Of a stretch of DNA of 64,000 bases, positions 55,467 to 64,000 are shown in pieces. Origin of the DNA: Oligoflexia bacterium. Lineage in GTDB: Bacteria; Bdellovibrionota; UBA1018; CAIPTA01. Under the pieces are notes generated by a model. The model saw only the letters and a program-made list of their open reading frames with translations, made no database searches and was not told the DNA's origin. How positions within the stretch are numbered: the stretch's first letter is position 1; every line of letters begins with the position of its first letter. The DNA lies in the NCBI GenBank assembly GCA_903867855.1, contig CAIPTA010000064.1, forward strand, positions 4,965-68,964, in the 5' to 3' direction. The position numbers and the translations under genes were made by a program.

Positions 55467-56486
55467 TTACGCTTGTCTAAATGGGCTTCTTCCCGCGAGC
55501 ATCTCGGAGAAGCCCTTGGTGAGGGCAATTTTCTCCAGCACGATCTTTAAAACTGCAGTTACAGGCACTGCCAAAAACGCGCCACCAACACCCCAGATCA
55601 AGCCCCAAAACATTAGGGAAAGAAGAATTGTGATGGGGTGGAGATCGAGGCCTTTTCCAAGCAATTTCGGCTCTAAAATATTTCCAATCAAAATCTGGAT
55701 CACCGCAGGAATGAAGATAATTCCTAGCACCTGCCAGCCCCCTTCAAACTGAATTAGCGCAATGGGTAGCGGCAAGAGAGTGGCCACTAGAGATCCTAAC
55801 GTGGGAATGAAGGCCAAGAAGAAAGTGAGGAGGCCTAGCATAAGCGCCAAATCAAGGTGGAAGCTTTCCAATACAATCCAGACGCACAAGGCAGTGAGAA
55901 GAGAGGTGGCTACTTTGGTGAGAATATAGCCGCGCACTTTTTCATCGATTTCCAGCGCGATCCCTGTTTTTTCTTTGTCGATGCTGTGTCCACTCACGAG
56001 GAAGATCAAGAAGATCATCATCAGGCCAAAGTCTACGAGGAGGCCCGCGGCTACCCCAGCGGCACTTTGCACAAAGGAAAATACGGGTAAATCCTTCAAT
56101 CGTAACATCACGGAGTGTTTGTTGATGGGTAAGCCGAAGTGATTCGCGTAGTTAATTAAATTTTCTGAAAGTCTTTGAATTTTTTCTTCGTATAAATAAA
56201 AACTATCGATGATTTCGATGATAGAGTTTCTTAAGACGAGTACAAAAATTGTTACGAAAATCGCCACTCCCAAGAAAGCAGAGATCACCGCTAGCCAGTG
56301 TGGAAAGCGTAGTTTACTTTTAAAAAATAACACAATCGGTGCAATGAAGTAGGAGAGAAAAAGCGCCACCACAAAGGGAATCATGATCGCGCGCGTATAG
56401 GCGAGCGCCGCAGCTACCGCGATCGCTGCAATCACGAAAGTGCAGGCAGCAGTGAGGGTATTATTAATTGGCTCTTTTTGTTCCAT
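55467..56486 (-). CDS. AI-2E family transporter (PerM-like)
   Basis: Eight-TM layout with PTLGSLVATLLPLPIAL... and LSLMFWGLIWGVGGAFLAVP. Confidence 0.8.
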   Translation of the reverse strand: MEQKEPINNTLTAACTFVIAAIAVAAALAYTRAIMIPFVVALFLSYFIAPIVLFFKSKLRFPHWLAVISAFLGVAIFVTIFVLVLRNSIIEIIDSFYLYEEKIQRLSENLINYANHFGLPINKHSVMLRLKDLPVFSFVQSAAGVAAGLLVDFGLMMIFLIFLVSGHSIDKEKTGIALEIDEKVRGYILTKVATSLLTALCVWIVLESFHLDLALMLGLLTFFLAFIPTLGSLVATLLPLPIALIQFEGGWQVLGIIFIPAVIQILIGNILEPKLLGKGLDLHPITILLSLMFWGLIWGVGGAFLAVPVTAVLKIVLEKIALTKGFSEMLAGRSPFRQA

Positions 56487-56502
56487 GGCTTAAGATCTTA
56501 TT

Positions 56503-57444
56503 ATGGCTGTATGGGAGACAAAGCGCGAGGAATTCTTGCAATACATGGCGCAGAGTAAGGGCGCGTCTCCGCATACTTTGCGCAACTATGGGCAAGATCT
56601 CGCCGCTTTTTTTCAGTATATGGAATCTAGTATCGGTGCTAGATTTTCCCTCGAAAAAATTGATGCCATGCAGATTCGCACCTATCTCGTGCACCTCCAC
56701 GGAATTAATGTACGCAGCAGTGTATCGCGCAAACTTTCTGCCATACGCAGCTTCTATCGCTGGCTAGAGAAAAAGGGTTTCATCAAAGAAGATGTGGCTT
56801 CTCGCATTCCCTTGCCGAGGGCCGGGAAAAAACTGCCAGTTTTTATGAGTGTGGCAGAAGTGGAATCCCTCCTTCAAATTCCCGACCGCACTTTAAAAGA
56901 AGGTCGCCGAGATTATGCCATTCTCGAACTTCTTTACTCCACCGGACTCCGTGTTAGCGAGCTCACCAATTTAAATATCGATTCCTTGGATTTTTCTTCC
57001 GAATCTGGCGAAGGGGGATCGATCCGGGTGAAAGGAAAGGGCGGAAAAGAACGCCTCGTCGTATTTGGAAAAATGGCGCGCACGGCAGTGGAGCAATATT
57101 TTGTAGACCGTAATAGTCTATTTCCCAAAAACGCGAGCTTAGAAAAGAAAGCGGAAAAGGCGCTGTTCATTAGCCTCCAGGGCACTCGGCTTACGCCGCG
57201 GAGTGTTGAACGATTGGTGGCAGCCTGTGCGCTAAAAGCCAATCTCTCCAATGAGATTAGTCCGCATACGCTCCGCCATTCTTTTGCGAGTCATTTGCTG
57301 GCGAATGGCGCCGATCTTCGCCTGATTCAGGAGTTGCTCGGCCACGCCTCTCTCTCCACCACCCAAAAGTATACCCATATCGAAATGCACAATCTCCTGC
57401 GCGAATATGACAAGGCGCATCCACTCGCTCGTAGTAGCTCCTAA
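56503..57444 (+). CDS. xerC: tyrosine recombinase XerC/XerD
   Basis: SPHTLRNYGQDL, ELLYSTGLRVSEL, HTLRHSFASHLL and LGHASLSTTQKYTH (R..H-R-H/Y catalytic set). The XerC versus XerD choice is not resolved. Confidence 0.8.
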   Translation: MAVWETKREEFLQYMAQSKGASPHTLRNYGQDLAAFFQYMESSIGARFSLEKIDAMQIRTYLVHLHGINVRSSVSRKLSAIRSFYRWLEKKGFIKEDVASRIPLPRAGKKLPVFMSVAEVESLLQIPDRTLKEGRRDYAILELLYSTGLRVSELTNLNIDSLDFSSESGEGGSIRVKGKGGKERLVVFGKMARTAVEQYFVDRNSLFPKNASLEKKAEKALFISLQGTRLTPRSVERLVAACALKANLSNEISPHTLRHSFASHLLANGADLRLIQELLGHASLSTTQKYTHIEMHNLLREYDKAHPLARSSS

Positions 57445-57516
57445 TTCCCATTGGGATTTTCCCTATTTGGCGTTAGACTGCGCTTACTTTTAGCGTGTAA
57501 GCCAGAGGGAGATCGC

Positions 57517-58401
57517 ATGGACAAATTAATTGGTATCATTGGTGCCGGACAAATGGGCAATGGCATTGCGCAAGTGTCTGCTCAGGCAGGATTTCAAGTG
57601 CTCTTGAATGATGTCACCCAAGAACGGGCTGACGCTGGCAAAGCGAAAATTCAAAAGGATCTCGCTAAGCTCGTGGAAAAAGGCAAAATGCAGGGCGCAG
57701 AGGCCACTGCCATCCTCGCTCGCATCCAAGCTACGGGTAATTTTTCCGATTTAAAGAAAGCAAATTTCTTGATCGAAGCCGCCACCGAGCGCGTAGAGCT
57801 TAAATATGAAATATTTAGAAAGCTCGATGAAGTAGCTGCTCCTGGTGTAATCCTTGCCACCAATACTTCTTCCATCTCAATCACCAGCGTAGCCGCGCAA
57901 ACGAAGCGCCCTGATCTGGTGGTGGGTATGCACTTTATGAATCCAGTGCCGGTAATGAAGCTCGTAGAAGGAATTCGCGGGCTACGCACTTCCGATAAAA
58001 CTTTTGCGGAGATGCGCACGCTTGCGGAAACCATGGGCAAAACTGTGATCGAAGCGCAGGATTATCCAGGCTTCGCCGTAAACCGCATCTTGATGCCGAT
58101 GATCAATGAAGCAGTCTATACGCTTTTTGAAGGAGTGGCTTCGATCGAGGATATTGATATGGCCATGAAACTCGGCACGAATCAGCCTATGGGTCCGCTC
58201 ACGCTGGCTGATTTTATCGGACTAGACACCTGCCTTGCGATCATGAATGTGCTCGCGGAAGGCTTGGGTGATACAAAGTATCGCGCTTGTCCGCTGCTTA
58301 AAAAATACGTGAACGCCGGTCTCTATGGGAAAAAATCGGGCATCGGATTTTACGACTATCGCTCCGGCACACCAGTGCCCACTAAACCAGGATCTTTCTA
58401 A
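57517..58401 (+). CDS. hbd: 3-hydroxybutyryl-CoA dehydrogenase
   Basis: IGIIGAGQMGNGIA, TNTSS, HFMNPVPVMKLVE, PGFAVNRIL and GPLTLADFIGLD. ATG at 57517 with a GAGGGA SD. Confidence 0.9.
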   Translation: MDKLIGIIGAGQMGNGIAQVSAQAGFQVLLNDVTQERADAGKAKIQKDLAKLVEKGKMQGAEATAILARIQATGNFSDLKKANFLIEAATERVELKYEIFRKLDEVAAPGVILATNTSSISITSVAAQTKRPDLVVGMHFMNPVPVMKLVEGIRGLRTSDKTFAEMRTLAETMGKTVIEAQDYPGFAVNRILMPMINEAVYTLFEGVASIEDIDMAMKLGTNQPMGPLTLADFIGLDTCLAIMNVLAEGLGDTKYRACPLLKKYVNAGLYGKKSGIGFYDYRSGTPVPTKPGSF

Positions 58402-59210
58402 TGCTTCCTACTTTTGAAAATTTACTTTTATCTGTAACTGATGGCGTGGCCACCATCCGCTTCAATCGCCCCAAGGCCTTGAATGCGCTGAATGAGGCCA
58501 CTCTTCGTGAGCTTCGCAATGCACTTCTCTTCGTAGAGGCGCACGCTGCGGGTCGCGAAGGGGAGCCACAAATTGATGTGGTGATTCTCACCGGCGAAGG
58601 CGAAAAAAGTTTCGTAGCTGGCGCAGACATTCTCGAGATGAAAGATAAGACCGTCGAACAGGGCGAAGCCTTTGCTCGTCTTGGTCAGAGCGTAACTCGC
58701 GCACTAGAGCTCATTCCTCAGCCCGTGATCGCTGCGGTGAATGGCTTTGCTCTCGGTGGGGGCTGCGAGTTTGCGATATCTTGCGATTTTATTTTGGCTT
58801 CGGAAAATGCAGTATTCGGTCAACCGGAAGTGGCTCTTGGCATTCTGCCTGGCTTTGGTGGGTCTGCGCGTCTCGCGCGCTTTGTGGGTCAGCCTCGCGC
58901 TCGCGAATTAATTTATACCGGCCGCAAAATCAAGGCTGCAGAAGCGCTTCGCATTGGTCTCGCCAATGAAGTATTGCCTCTTGCTTCTTTGCTCACCAGA
59001 GCCAACGAAATCGCCCAGGAGATTCGGAAAAATTCTCCGCTCGCGGTCGCGCGCTCGAAGAAGCTCATGAATCATATTTATACGATGCCGATCGATTCTG
59101 CCCTTCGCGAAGAGGCGCTCGTGTTCGGAAGTATTTTTGGTAGTCACGATCAGCGAGAGGGCATGGGTGCCTTCGCTGAAAAACGGAAAGCAAATTTTAA
59201 AGGGGAATAG
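58401..59210 (+). CDS. enoyl-CoA hydratase (crotonase)
   Basis: FNRPKALNAL, FVAGADI, AAVNGFALGGGCEFA and FGQPEVALGILPGFGG. Confidence 0.9.
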   Translation: MLPTFENLLLSVTDGVATIRFNRPKALNALNEATLRELRNALLFVEAHAAGREGEPQIDVVILTGEGEKSFVAGADILEMKDKTVEQGEAFARLGQSVTRALELIPQPVIAAVNGFALGGGCEFAISCDFILASENAVFGQPEVALGILPGFGGSARLARFVGQPRARELIYTGRKIKAAEALRIGLANEVLPLASLLTRANEIAQEIRKNSPLAVARSKKLMNHIYTMPIDSALREEALVFGSIFGSHDQREGMGAFAEKRKANFKGE

Positions 59211-59213
59211 CCA

Positions 59214-60374
59214 ATGGACTTAGGAATTTTAGAACTCACCGAAGAACAAAACATGATCGTGGAACAAGTTCGCACTTTCGCGCAAAAAGAAATCGCGCCG
59301 AAAGCAGCCGAGATCGATCAAACTGGTCGTTTCCCGAAAGAACTCGTCCAAGCCATGGGGGCGATGGGCCTCATGGGTCTCTGCGTGGATACCGAATATG
59401 ATGGGGCAGGTCTCGACTATCTCACCTACGCTCTTGTTGGTGAAGAGATCAACGCCGCCTGCGCTTCCACAGGGGTGATTTTTTCTGCGCACAATTCTCT
59501 CGCTTGCGGACCCATCAAAAAATGGGGCAATGATGAGCAAAAGAAAAAATGGCTCGCTCCTATGGCCCGCGGTGAAAAAATTGGTGCCTTCGCACTCTCT
59601 GAGCCAGGCTCGGGATCGGATGCAGGCGCCTTGATCTGTACCTGCAAAAAAGAGGGCGATCATTATATCATCAACGGCACCAAAAACTGGATCACAAATG
59701 GTCCTGAGAGTGATGTGGTAATTCTACTCGCTACGATGAGCACGGAGCTAAAACACAAAGGTGTTTGTGCCTTCATCGTAGATAAAAACACTCCTGGCCT
59801 CTCTGTTGGCAAAGTGGAACACAAACTCGGCATCCGCGGCTCGGGCACCTCTCAATTGATTTTTGAAAATGTAAAAGTGCCCGCTTCGCAAATGCTAGGT
59901 AAAGAAGGCGATGGCTTCAAAATCGCTATGGCTACTCTCGATGGCGGACGAATCGGTATCGCGGCTCAAGCGATCGGTATCGGTCGTGCTGCTCTCGATG
60001 CTGCGAAAAAATTTGCCCACGAGCGCGAAACCTTCGGCAAGCCCATTGCTAAGCATCAGGGCATTCAGTTCATGTTTGCCGATATGGCCACGAAGCTCGA
60101 TGCAGCAAGACTGCTCAACTATCGCGCCGCTCGCATGCAAGATCGCGGCATGAAGTTCACGAAAGAAGCGGCGATGGCGAAACTCTTCGCGTCCGAGGCC
60201 GCCAACTTCATCTGCGATAAGGGTCTACAAATTCACGGCGGCTACGGCTACGTGAATGAATACTCTGCTGAGCGCCATTACCGCGATCAGCGCATCACCG
60301 AAATCTATGAAGGAACCAGCGAGATCCAGCGCATCGTAATCGCGAGCGCAGAGCTTGCAGAACACGTGAGATAA
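59214..60374 (+). CDS. short/medium-chain acyl-CoA dehydrogenase
   Basis: [27 protein letters not shown] and YEGTSEIQR. Confidence 0.9.
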   Translation: MDLGILELTEEQNMIVEQVRTFAQKEIAPKAAEIDQTGRFPKELVQAMGAMGLMGLCVDTEYDGAGLDYLTYALVGEEINAACASTGVIFSAHNSLACGPIKKWGNDEQKKKWLAPMARGEKIGAFALSEPGSGSDAGALICTCKKEGDHYIINGTKNWITNGPESDVVILLATMSTELKHKGVCAFIVDKNTPGLSVGKVEHKLGIRGSGTSQLIFENVKVPASQMLGKEGDGFKIAMATLDGGRIGIAAQAIGIGRAALDAAKKFAHERETFGKPIAKHQGIQFMFADMATKLDAARLLNYRAARMQDRGMKFTKEAAMAKLFASEAANFICDKGLQIHGGYGYVNEYSAERHYRDQRITEIYEGTSEIQRIVIASAELAEHVR

Positions 60375-60377
60375 ACT

Positions 60378-62051
60378 ATGGACAATAAAAAAGTATTAGC
60401 TGCAGAAGCAGAGTGGCGCAAAAATGTGCTCGATCCCCATGTGAAAAAAAATGCAGCGATCTACGCTGGCAAAAGTTTCACCACCATTTCTGATATGGAA
60501 GTGCCGCTAGTGGCAGGCCCTTCTCACATCGAGGGTATTGATCCAATCAACGATATCGGCTTTCCTGGCCAGTATCCTTTCACTCGCGGTGTGCAGCCCG
60601 ATATGTATCGCGGCAAACTCTGGACGATGCGCCAGTTCGCCGGCTTCGGCACGCCAAAAGATACGAATGAGCGTTTCAAGTATTTGCTAAGCCAAGGCAT
60701 GATGGGTCTCTCCACGGCTTTCGACATGCCAAGCCTCATGGGCTATGATGCAGACCATCCGCTCGCCCAAGGCGAAGTGGGCCGCGAAGGCGTGAACGTG
60801 ACTACGCTCGCCGATATGGAAATTCTCTTTGATGGAATTCCCCTTGATAAGGTCACCACTTCAATGACAATCAATGCCCCTGCCATCGTGATCCTCGCGA
60901 TGTATGTGGCGCTCGCCGATAATCGCGGAATCCCTCGCGATAAACTAGGTGGCACGATTCAGGCAGACATGCTGAAGGAATTCATTGCCCAGAAGGAATG
61001 GATTTGTCCGCCGCGCCCAAGTGTAAAAATTCTTACCGACATGATGGAGTTCTGCACGAAAGAGCTGCCACGTTGGAACTCGATTTCTATTTCCGGCTAC
61101 CATATTCGCGAAGCGGGAGCTACCGCCGCACAAGAGCTAGCGTTCACCTTAGCGGACGGTCTCACCTATGTAGAGCAAGGCATTGAGCGTGGTCTCGATG
61201 TGGATGATTTTGCCCCTAGGCTTTCTTTCTTCTTCGATGTCCACAATGATTTCTTCGAAGAGATTGCCAAGTTCCGCGCTGCTCGCCGCATTTGGGCCTA
61301 TGAACTCAAGAATCGCTTTAAGGCGAAAAATCCAAAATCCTGGATGCTCCGCACGCACGCCCAAACGGCAGGTGTTTCCCTCACGGCACAACAACCTGTG
61401 AATAACGTAGCTCGCGTAACCATGCAGGCTCTCGCTGCAATCCTAGGTGGCACCAATTCACTTCATACCAACTCCATGGATGAAACTCTCGCCCTCCCTA
61501 CGGAGAGCGCCGTGAAGATTGCGCTTCGCACTCAGCAAATCATTGCGGAGGAGAGTGGTGTGATCAATACAGTAGATCCACTTGGCGGTTCTTACTTCGT
61601 AGAACACCTCACCACGAAAATTGAAAATGAGGCACGCGCCTATATCGATAAGATCTATGAGTTTGGTGGTATGCTGAATGCGATCGAAGAAGGCTATCCG
61701 CAAAAAGAAATCGCGGCAGCCGCCTATCGCTTCCAGCAACAACTCGATCGCAAAGAAAAAGTGATCGTAGGCGTGAACAAGCATACGGATGACGATGAAG
61801 TGGATATTCCGATCCTCAAAATTGAGCAGGACAAAGAAGACCAGCAGATCGCCTTCGTGAAGAAAACGAAGAAGGCACGCAATGCAGACAAGCTCGCCGT
61901 TGCGATGCGCAAACTGCGTGCAGATGCGAAGGCCGACAAAAATATTTTCCCTGCCGTGCTAGAAGCCGTGAAGCTCTACGCTAGCGTTGGTGAGATTGCA
62001 GAACTTTTCCGCGAAGTCTACGGTGTATACCGTGACCCAGCAAATTTTTAA
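60378..62051 (+). CDS. icmA: acyl-CoA mutase large (substrate-binding TIM-barrel) subunit, isobutyryl-CoA-mutase-type
   Basis: [17 protein letters not shown] (Phe87 where MCM has Tyr), STAFDMPS and [17 protein letters not shown] (Gln205 where MCM has Arg). Confidence 0.75.
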   Translation: MDNKKVLAAEAEWRKNVLDPHVKKNAAIYAGKSFTTISDMEVPLVAGPSHIEGIDPINDIGFPGQYPFTRGVQPDMYRGKLWTMRQFAGFGTPKDTNERFKYLLSQGMMGLSTAFDMPSLMGYDADHPLAQGEVGREGVNVTTLADMEILFDGIPLDKVTTSMTINAPAIVILAMYVALADNRGIPRDKLGGTIQADMLKEFIAQKEWICPPRPSVKILTDMMEFCTKELPRWNSISISGYHIREAGATAAQELAFTLADGLTYVEQGIERGLDVDDFAPRLSFFFDVHNDFFEEIAKFRAARRIWAYELKNRFKAKNPKSWMLRTHAQTAGVSLTAQQPVNNVARVTMQALAAILGGTNSLHTNSMDETLALPTESAVKIALRTQQIIAEESGVINTVDPLGGSYFVEHLTTKIENEARAYIDKIYEFGGMLNAIEEGYPQKEIAAAAYRFQQQLDRKEKVIVGVNKHTDDDEVDIPILKIEQDKEDQQIAFVKKTKKARNADKLAVAMRKLRADAKADKNIFPAVLEAVKLYASVGEIAELFREVYGVYRDPANF

Positions 62052-62064
62052 GGGGCGATAGAGA

Positions 62065-62658
62065 ATGGCAAAGAAGAAAATTGTAAAAAAAGCGAAAGCA
62101 AAGATGCCTGCTGCAAAAAAGCCAGCTAAGAAAGTGGCAAAAAAGGCGGTAAAAAAAGCTGCGCCAAAAAAAGCGCCAGCAGCGCCTAAGAAAAAAGAAA
62201 AGATCGATGTGCGCCAAATTTTTGCGAACACGCCAAAAATTCAAAAAGAGGGCGGACAAATCCGCGTTCTCGTGGGCAAAGCTGGCCTTGATGGCCATGA
62301 TCGTGGCGCAAAGATTATTGCTCGCGCTTGCCGTGATGCGGGCTTCGAAGTGGTCTATACAGGCCTCCACCAAACTCCGGATATGATTGCTAATACGGCA
62401 ATCCAGGAAGATGTGGACGTGCTCGGACTCTCCATTTTGTCTGGCGCGCACAATTACTTAGTTCCTGCCATCATCAAGCAACTGGAATCCCAAAACGTAA
62501 AAGTGGGCAAAGATATGCTTATTCTCGTTGGCGGCATTATTCCAGATAGTGATTTCGCTACTCTCCGCAAAGCTGGCGTGAGCATGGTTTTCACGCCGGG
62601 AGCTTCGGTGGATAGTATTGTGGAATATATTCGCGAACACGTTCAACCCAAAGGATGA
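62065..62658 (+). CDS. icmB: acyl-CoA mutase small (cobalamin-binding) subunit with N-terminal K/A/P-rich extension
   Basis: B12-binding DxHxxG (GLDGHDRGAKI), SILSGAH and LVGGIIP. It is preceded by a ~47-aa tail, MAKKKIVKKAKAKMPAAKKPAKKVAKKAVKKAAPKKAPAAPKKKEKI. Confidence 0.8.
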   Translation: MAKKKIVKKAKAKMPAAKKPAKKVAKKAVKKAAPKKAPAAPKKKEKIDVRQIFANTPKIQKEGGQIRVLVGKAGLDGHDRGAKIIARACRDAGFEVVYTGLHQTPDMIANTAIQEDVDVLGLSILSGAHNYLVPAIIKQLESQNVKVGKDMLILVGGIIPDSDFATLRKAGVSMVFTPGASVDSIVEYIREHVQPKG

Positions 62659-62803
62659 GAACGCGGAAAAGCTGCCATTTGCTTCGTTGGGTCTCGCGCG
62701 GGGCTCGAGTCCAAATCAAACATCATGGCTGATTTGTCCAGCGTCCTTTAAATGGTTTTATGTTCTCCGCATATTAATTTCTGTGATCCGATGAGGAAAT
62801 TTT

Positions 62804-63484
62804 ATGAAATTTGAAGGCTACGATCCCAAGGCTATATCTTTTCTCAAAAGCTTGAAGCGCAATAATCGCCGTGAATGGTTTCAACCGCGTAAAGAAAAGT
62901 ATGAGGAGCTGATTAAGTTTCCTACTCAGGATTTGATTTCCGATCTAGCCGTGATCTGCGCGAAGGATTTGCCAAACGTAATTTTTGACCCTAAAAAAAG
63001 TCTCTATCGTATTTACCGCGATGTGCGTTTTTCGAATGATAAGTCTCCCTATAAAACTCACGTGGCCGCAAGCTTTGCGTTGCGCGGTGCTGGGAAAAAA
63101 AGTGAAGGCCCCGGCTACTACTTCCATGTGGAGCCCGGAGAGGTTTTTGTGGGTGCCGGTGTGTATATGCCGAGCTCTGAGCAGACTCGCAAATTTCGCG
63201 CCTTTGTGATCGAGCATTCGAAAGAGTATTTAGCCGTTGTGAATAGTAAATCCTTCAAGAAAAACTTCGGCGAGATTCAAGGGGACAAACTCAAAACTAC
63301 TCCGCGCGGCATCGATGAAAATCACCCCATGATCGAACACTTGAAGCACAAACAGTTTTTCATTCACTGCACGCTACCAGAGAAAGATGCTTTCAATCCG
63401 AAGCTGCCTCAAAAAGTAGCGAAGAAGTTTATTGCGATGAAAGATTTTGTGGAAATGTTAGAGAAAGCCTTCGCTCTCTGGTAG
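62804..63484 (+). CDS. DUF2461 (TIGR02453) family protein
   Basis: FLKSLKRNNRREWF, YRIYRDVRFSNDKSPYKTH and GYYFHVEPGEVFVGAGVYMP. Confidence 0.75.
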   Translation: MKFEGYDPKAISFLKSLKRNNRREWFQPRKEKYEELIKFPTQDLISDLAVICAKDLPNVIFDPKKSLYRIYRDVRFSNDKSPYKTHVAASFALRGAGKKSEGPGYYFHVEPGEVFVGAGVYMPSSEQTRKFRAFVIEHSKEYLAVVNSKSFKKNFGEIQGDKLKTTPRGIDENHPMIEHLKHKQFFIHCTLPEKDAFNPKLPQKVAKKFIAMKDFVEMLEKAFALW

Positions 63485-63574
63485 GAATCGCAATTAAATT
63501 CCTGCTCTCTTCGTTGCCTTAGTGATCGTCTCGATTCCGTGAATTTTTTTTGCGATTCCGCTTTTTCAAGGTAA

Positions 63575-64000
63575 CTAAAAACCGTGCACACCTTTCCACG
63601 CCTTGAAGTAGCGAGATGGCAAATGGAGCGCCAAGCTTTTCTCTAGTTCGCGGGAGGCTTCACATACTTTTTCAAGTGAAACACCCGTCTCGTAGCCCAT
63701 ACCGTGGAGCATGAAGAGAAGATCTTCTGTGGCCAAATTTCCAGAAGCACCTTTCGCATAGGGGCAACCGCCTAGTCCGCCGGAGGAAGAATCTACGGTT
63801 ACAATTCCTTGTTCAATGGCATGTAGGCAATTGGCAATCGCGGTTCCGCGGGTATCATGAAAGTGCACCGCGAGGGGCCAAGTCTTTGGAAGAAGCGCAA
63901 GCACAGTATCCACCTGTTTGGGAGTTGCTACACCGATAGTGTCTCCAAGAGAAACCTCTTCAACGCCCATCGCTAGCAATTCTTCTGTGACTTGCTTCGC
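63575..64000 (-). CDS. hydroxymethylglutaryl-CoA lyase, 5' part beyond window edge
   Basis: LGDTIGVATP, VHFHDTRGTAIAN and GGLGGCPYAKGASGN. The frame stays open upstream of the track's Met through nt 64000. Confidence 0.85.
   Translation of the reverse strand, partial: AKQVTEELLAMGVEEVSLGDTIGVATPKQVDTVLALLPKTWPLAVHFHDTRGTAIANCLHAIEQGIVTVDSSSGGLGGCPYAKGASGNLATEDLLFMLHGMGYETGVSLEKVCEASRELEKSLALHLPSRYFKAWKGVHGF

Noticed and set aside
56503-57444. Tyrosine recombinase as a marker of a prophage or integrative element
   Set aside because: Its length, N-terminal SAM-like domain and motifs fit chromosomal XerC/XerD. Flanking genes are housekeeping (AI-2E transporter, hbd operon), and I see no att-like repeats or phage genes.
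61959-62451. Minus-strand ORFs (90 and 156 aa) opposite the mutase small-subunit gene
   Set aside because: They are the reverse complement of the lysine/alanine-rich repeat, which gives Phe/Leu-rich frames. The plus-strand gene has a clear DxHxxG B12-binding domain.
62690-62720. tRNA-like T-arm-looking string GGGGCTCGAGTCC in the intergenic region
   Set aside because: No complementary stem, acceptor arm or anticodon arm can be drawn around it, so it is not a tRNA or tmRNA fragment that I can support.
1-64000. Search by eye for CRISPR arrays, IS elements/transposases, rRNA/tRNA genes, reverse transcriptases and toxin-antitoxin pairs
   Set aside because: I found no regularly spaced direct repeats, no terminal inverted repeats flanking a transposase-like ORF, and no such gene families in the translations. 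An eye scan cannot exclude short or degenerate elements. A covariance-model scan and repeat-finder run would settle this.

Overview
This is a 64-kb chromosomal window from a moderate-GC Gram-negative bacterium. Gene content (secreted S1 protease, LysM lytic transglycosylase, orphan secreted coiled-coil proteins, a sigma-54 activator, K/A/P-rich tails) is reminiscent of Bdellovibrio-like or 'delta-proteobacterial' lineages, but the taxon cannot be fixed from sequence alone. I support about 63 protein-coding genes, packed tightly with many 1-14 nt start/stop overlaps. I found no rRNA, tRNA, CRISPR array, transposase or phage integrase. Most of the window is housekeeping or envelope biology. That includes eno-ftsB, trmFO, xerC, pfkA, rlmH, proC and nnrD. 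It also includes an hbd-crt-acd-acyl-CoA-mutase operon, a fdhD-ydeP-mobA molybdoenzyme cluster next to an oxalate/formate-type MFS transporter, and three polysaccharide loci. The stand-out is the left 7.5 kb. A sigma-54 activator with an RtcR/CARF-like sensor domain (its gene is cut by the window edge) is divergently transcribed from a good -24/-12 promoter. That promoter heads a seven-gene cassette: a small orphan, a DUF2130 nuclease-like protein, an XRE HTH protein, a RuvB-like AAA+, a MoxR-type AAA_5 ATPase, a VWA + HExxH metallopeptidase, and a PUA/EVE-like protein. The cassette ends at a 230-bp non-coding gap closed by a bidirectional terminator. I know of no described system with this composition, and I flag it as the best candidate for an uncharacterised inducible stress or conflict system. 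All functional calls rest on motif recognition by eye in the supplied translations. No database search was run.
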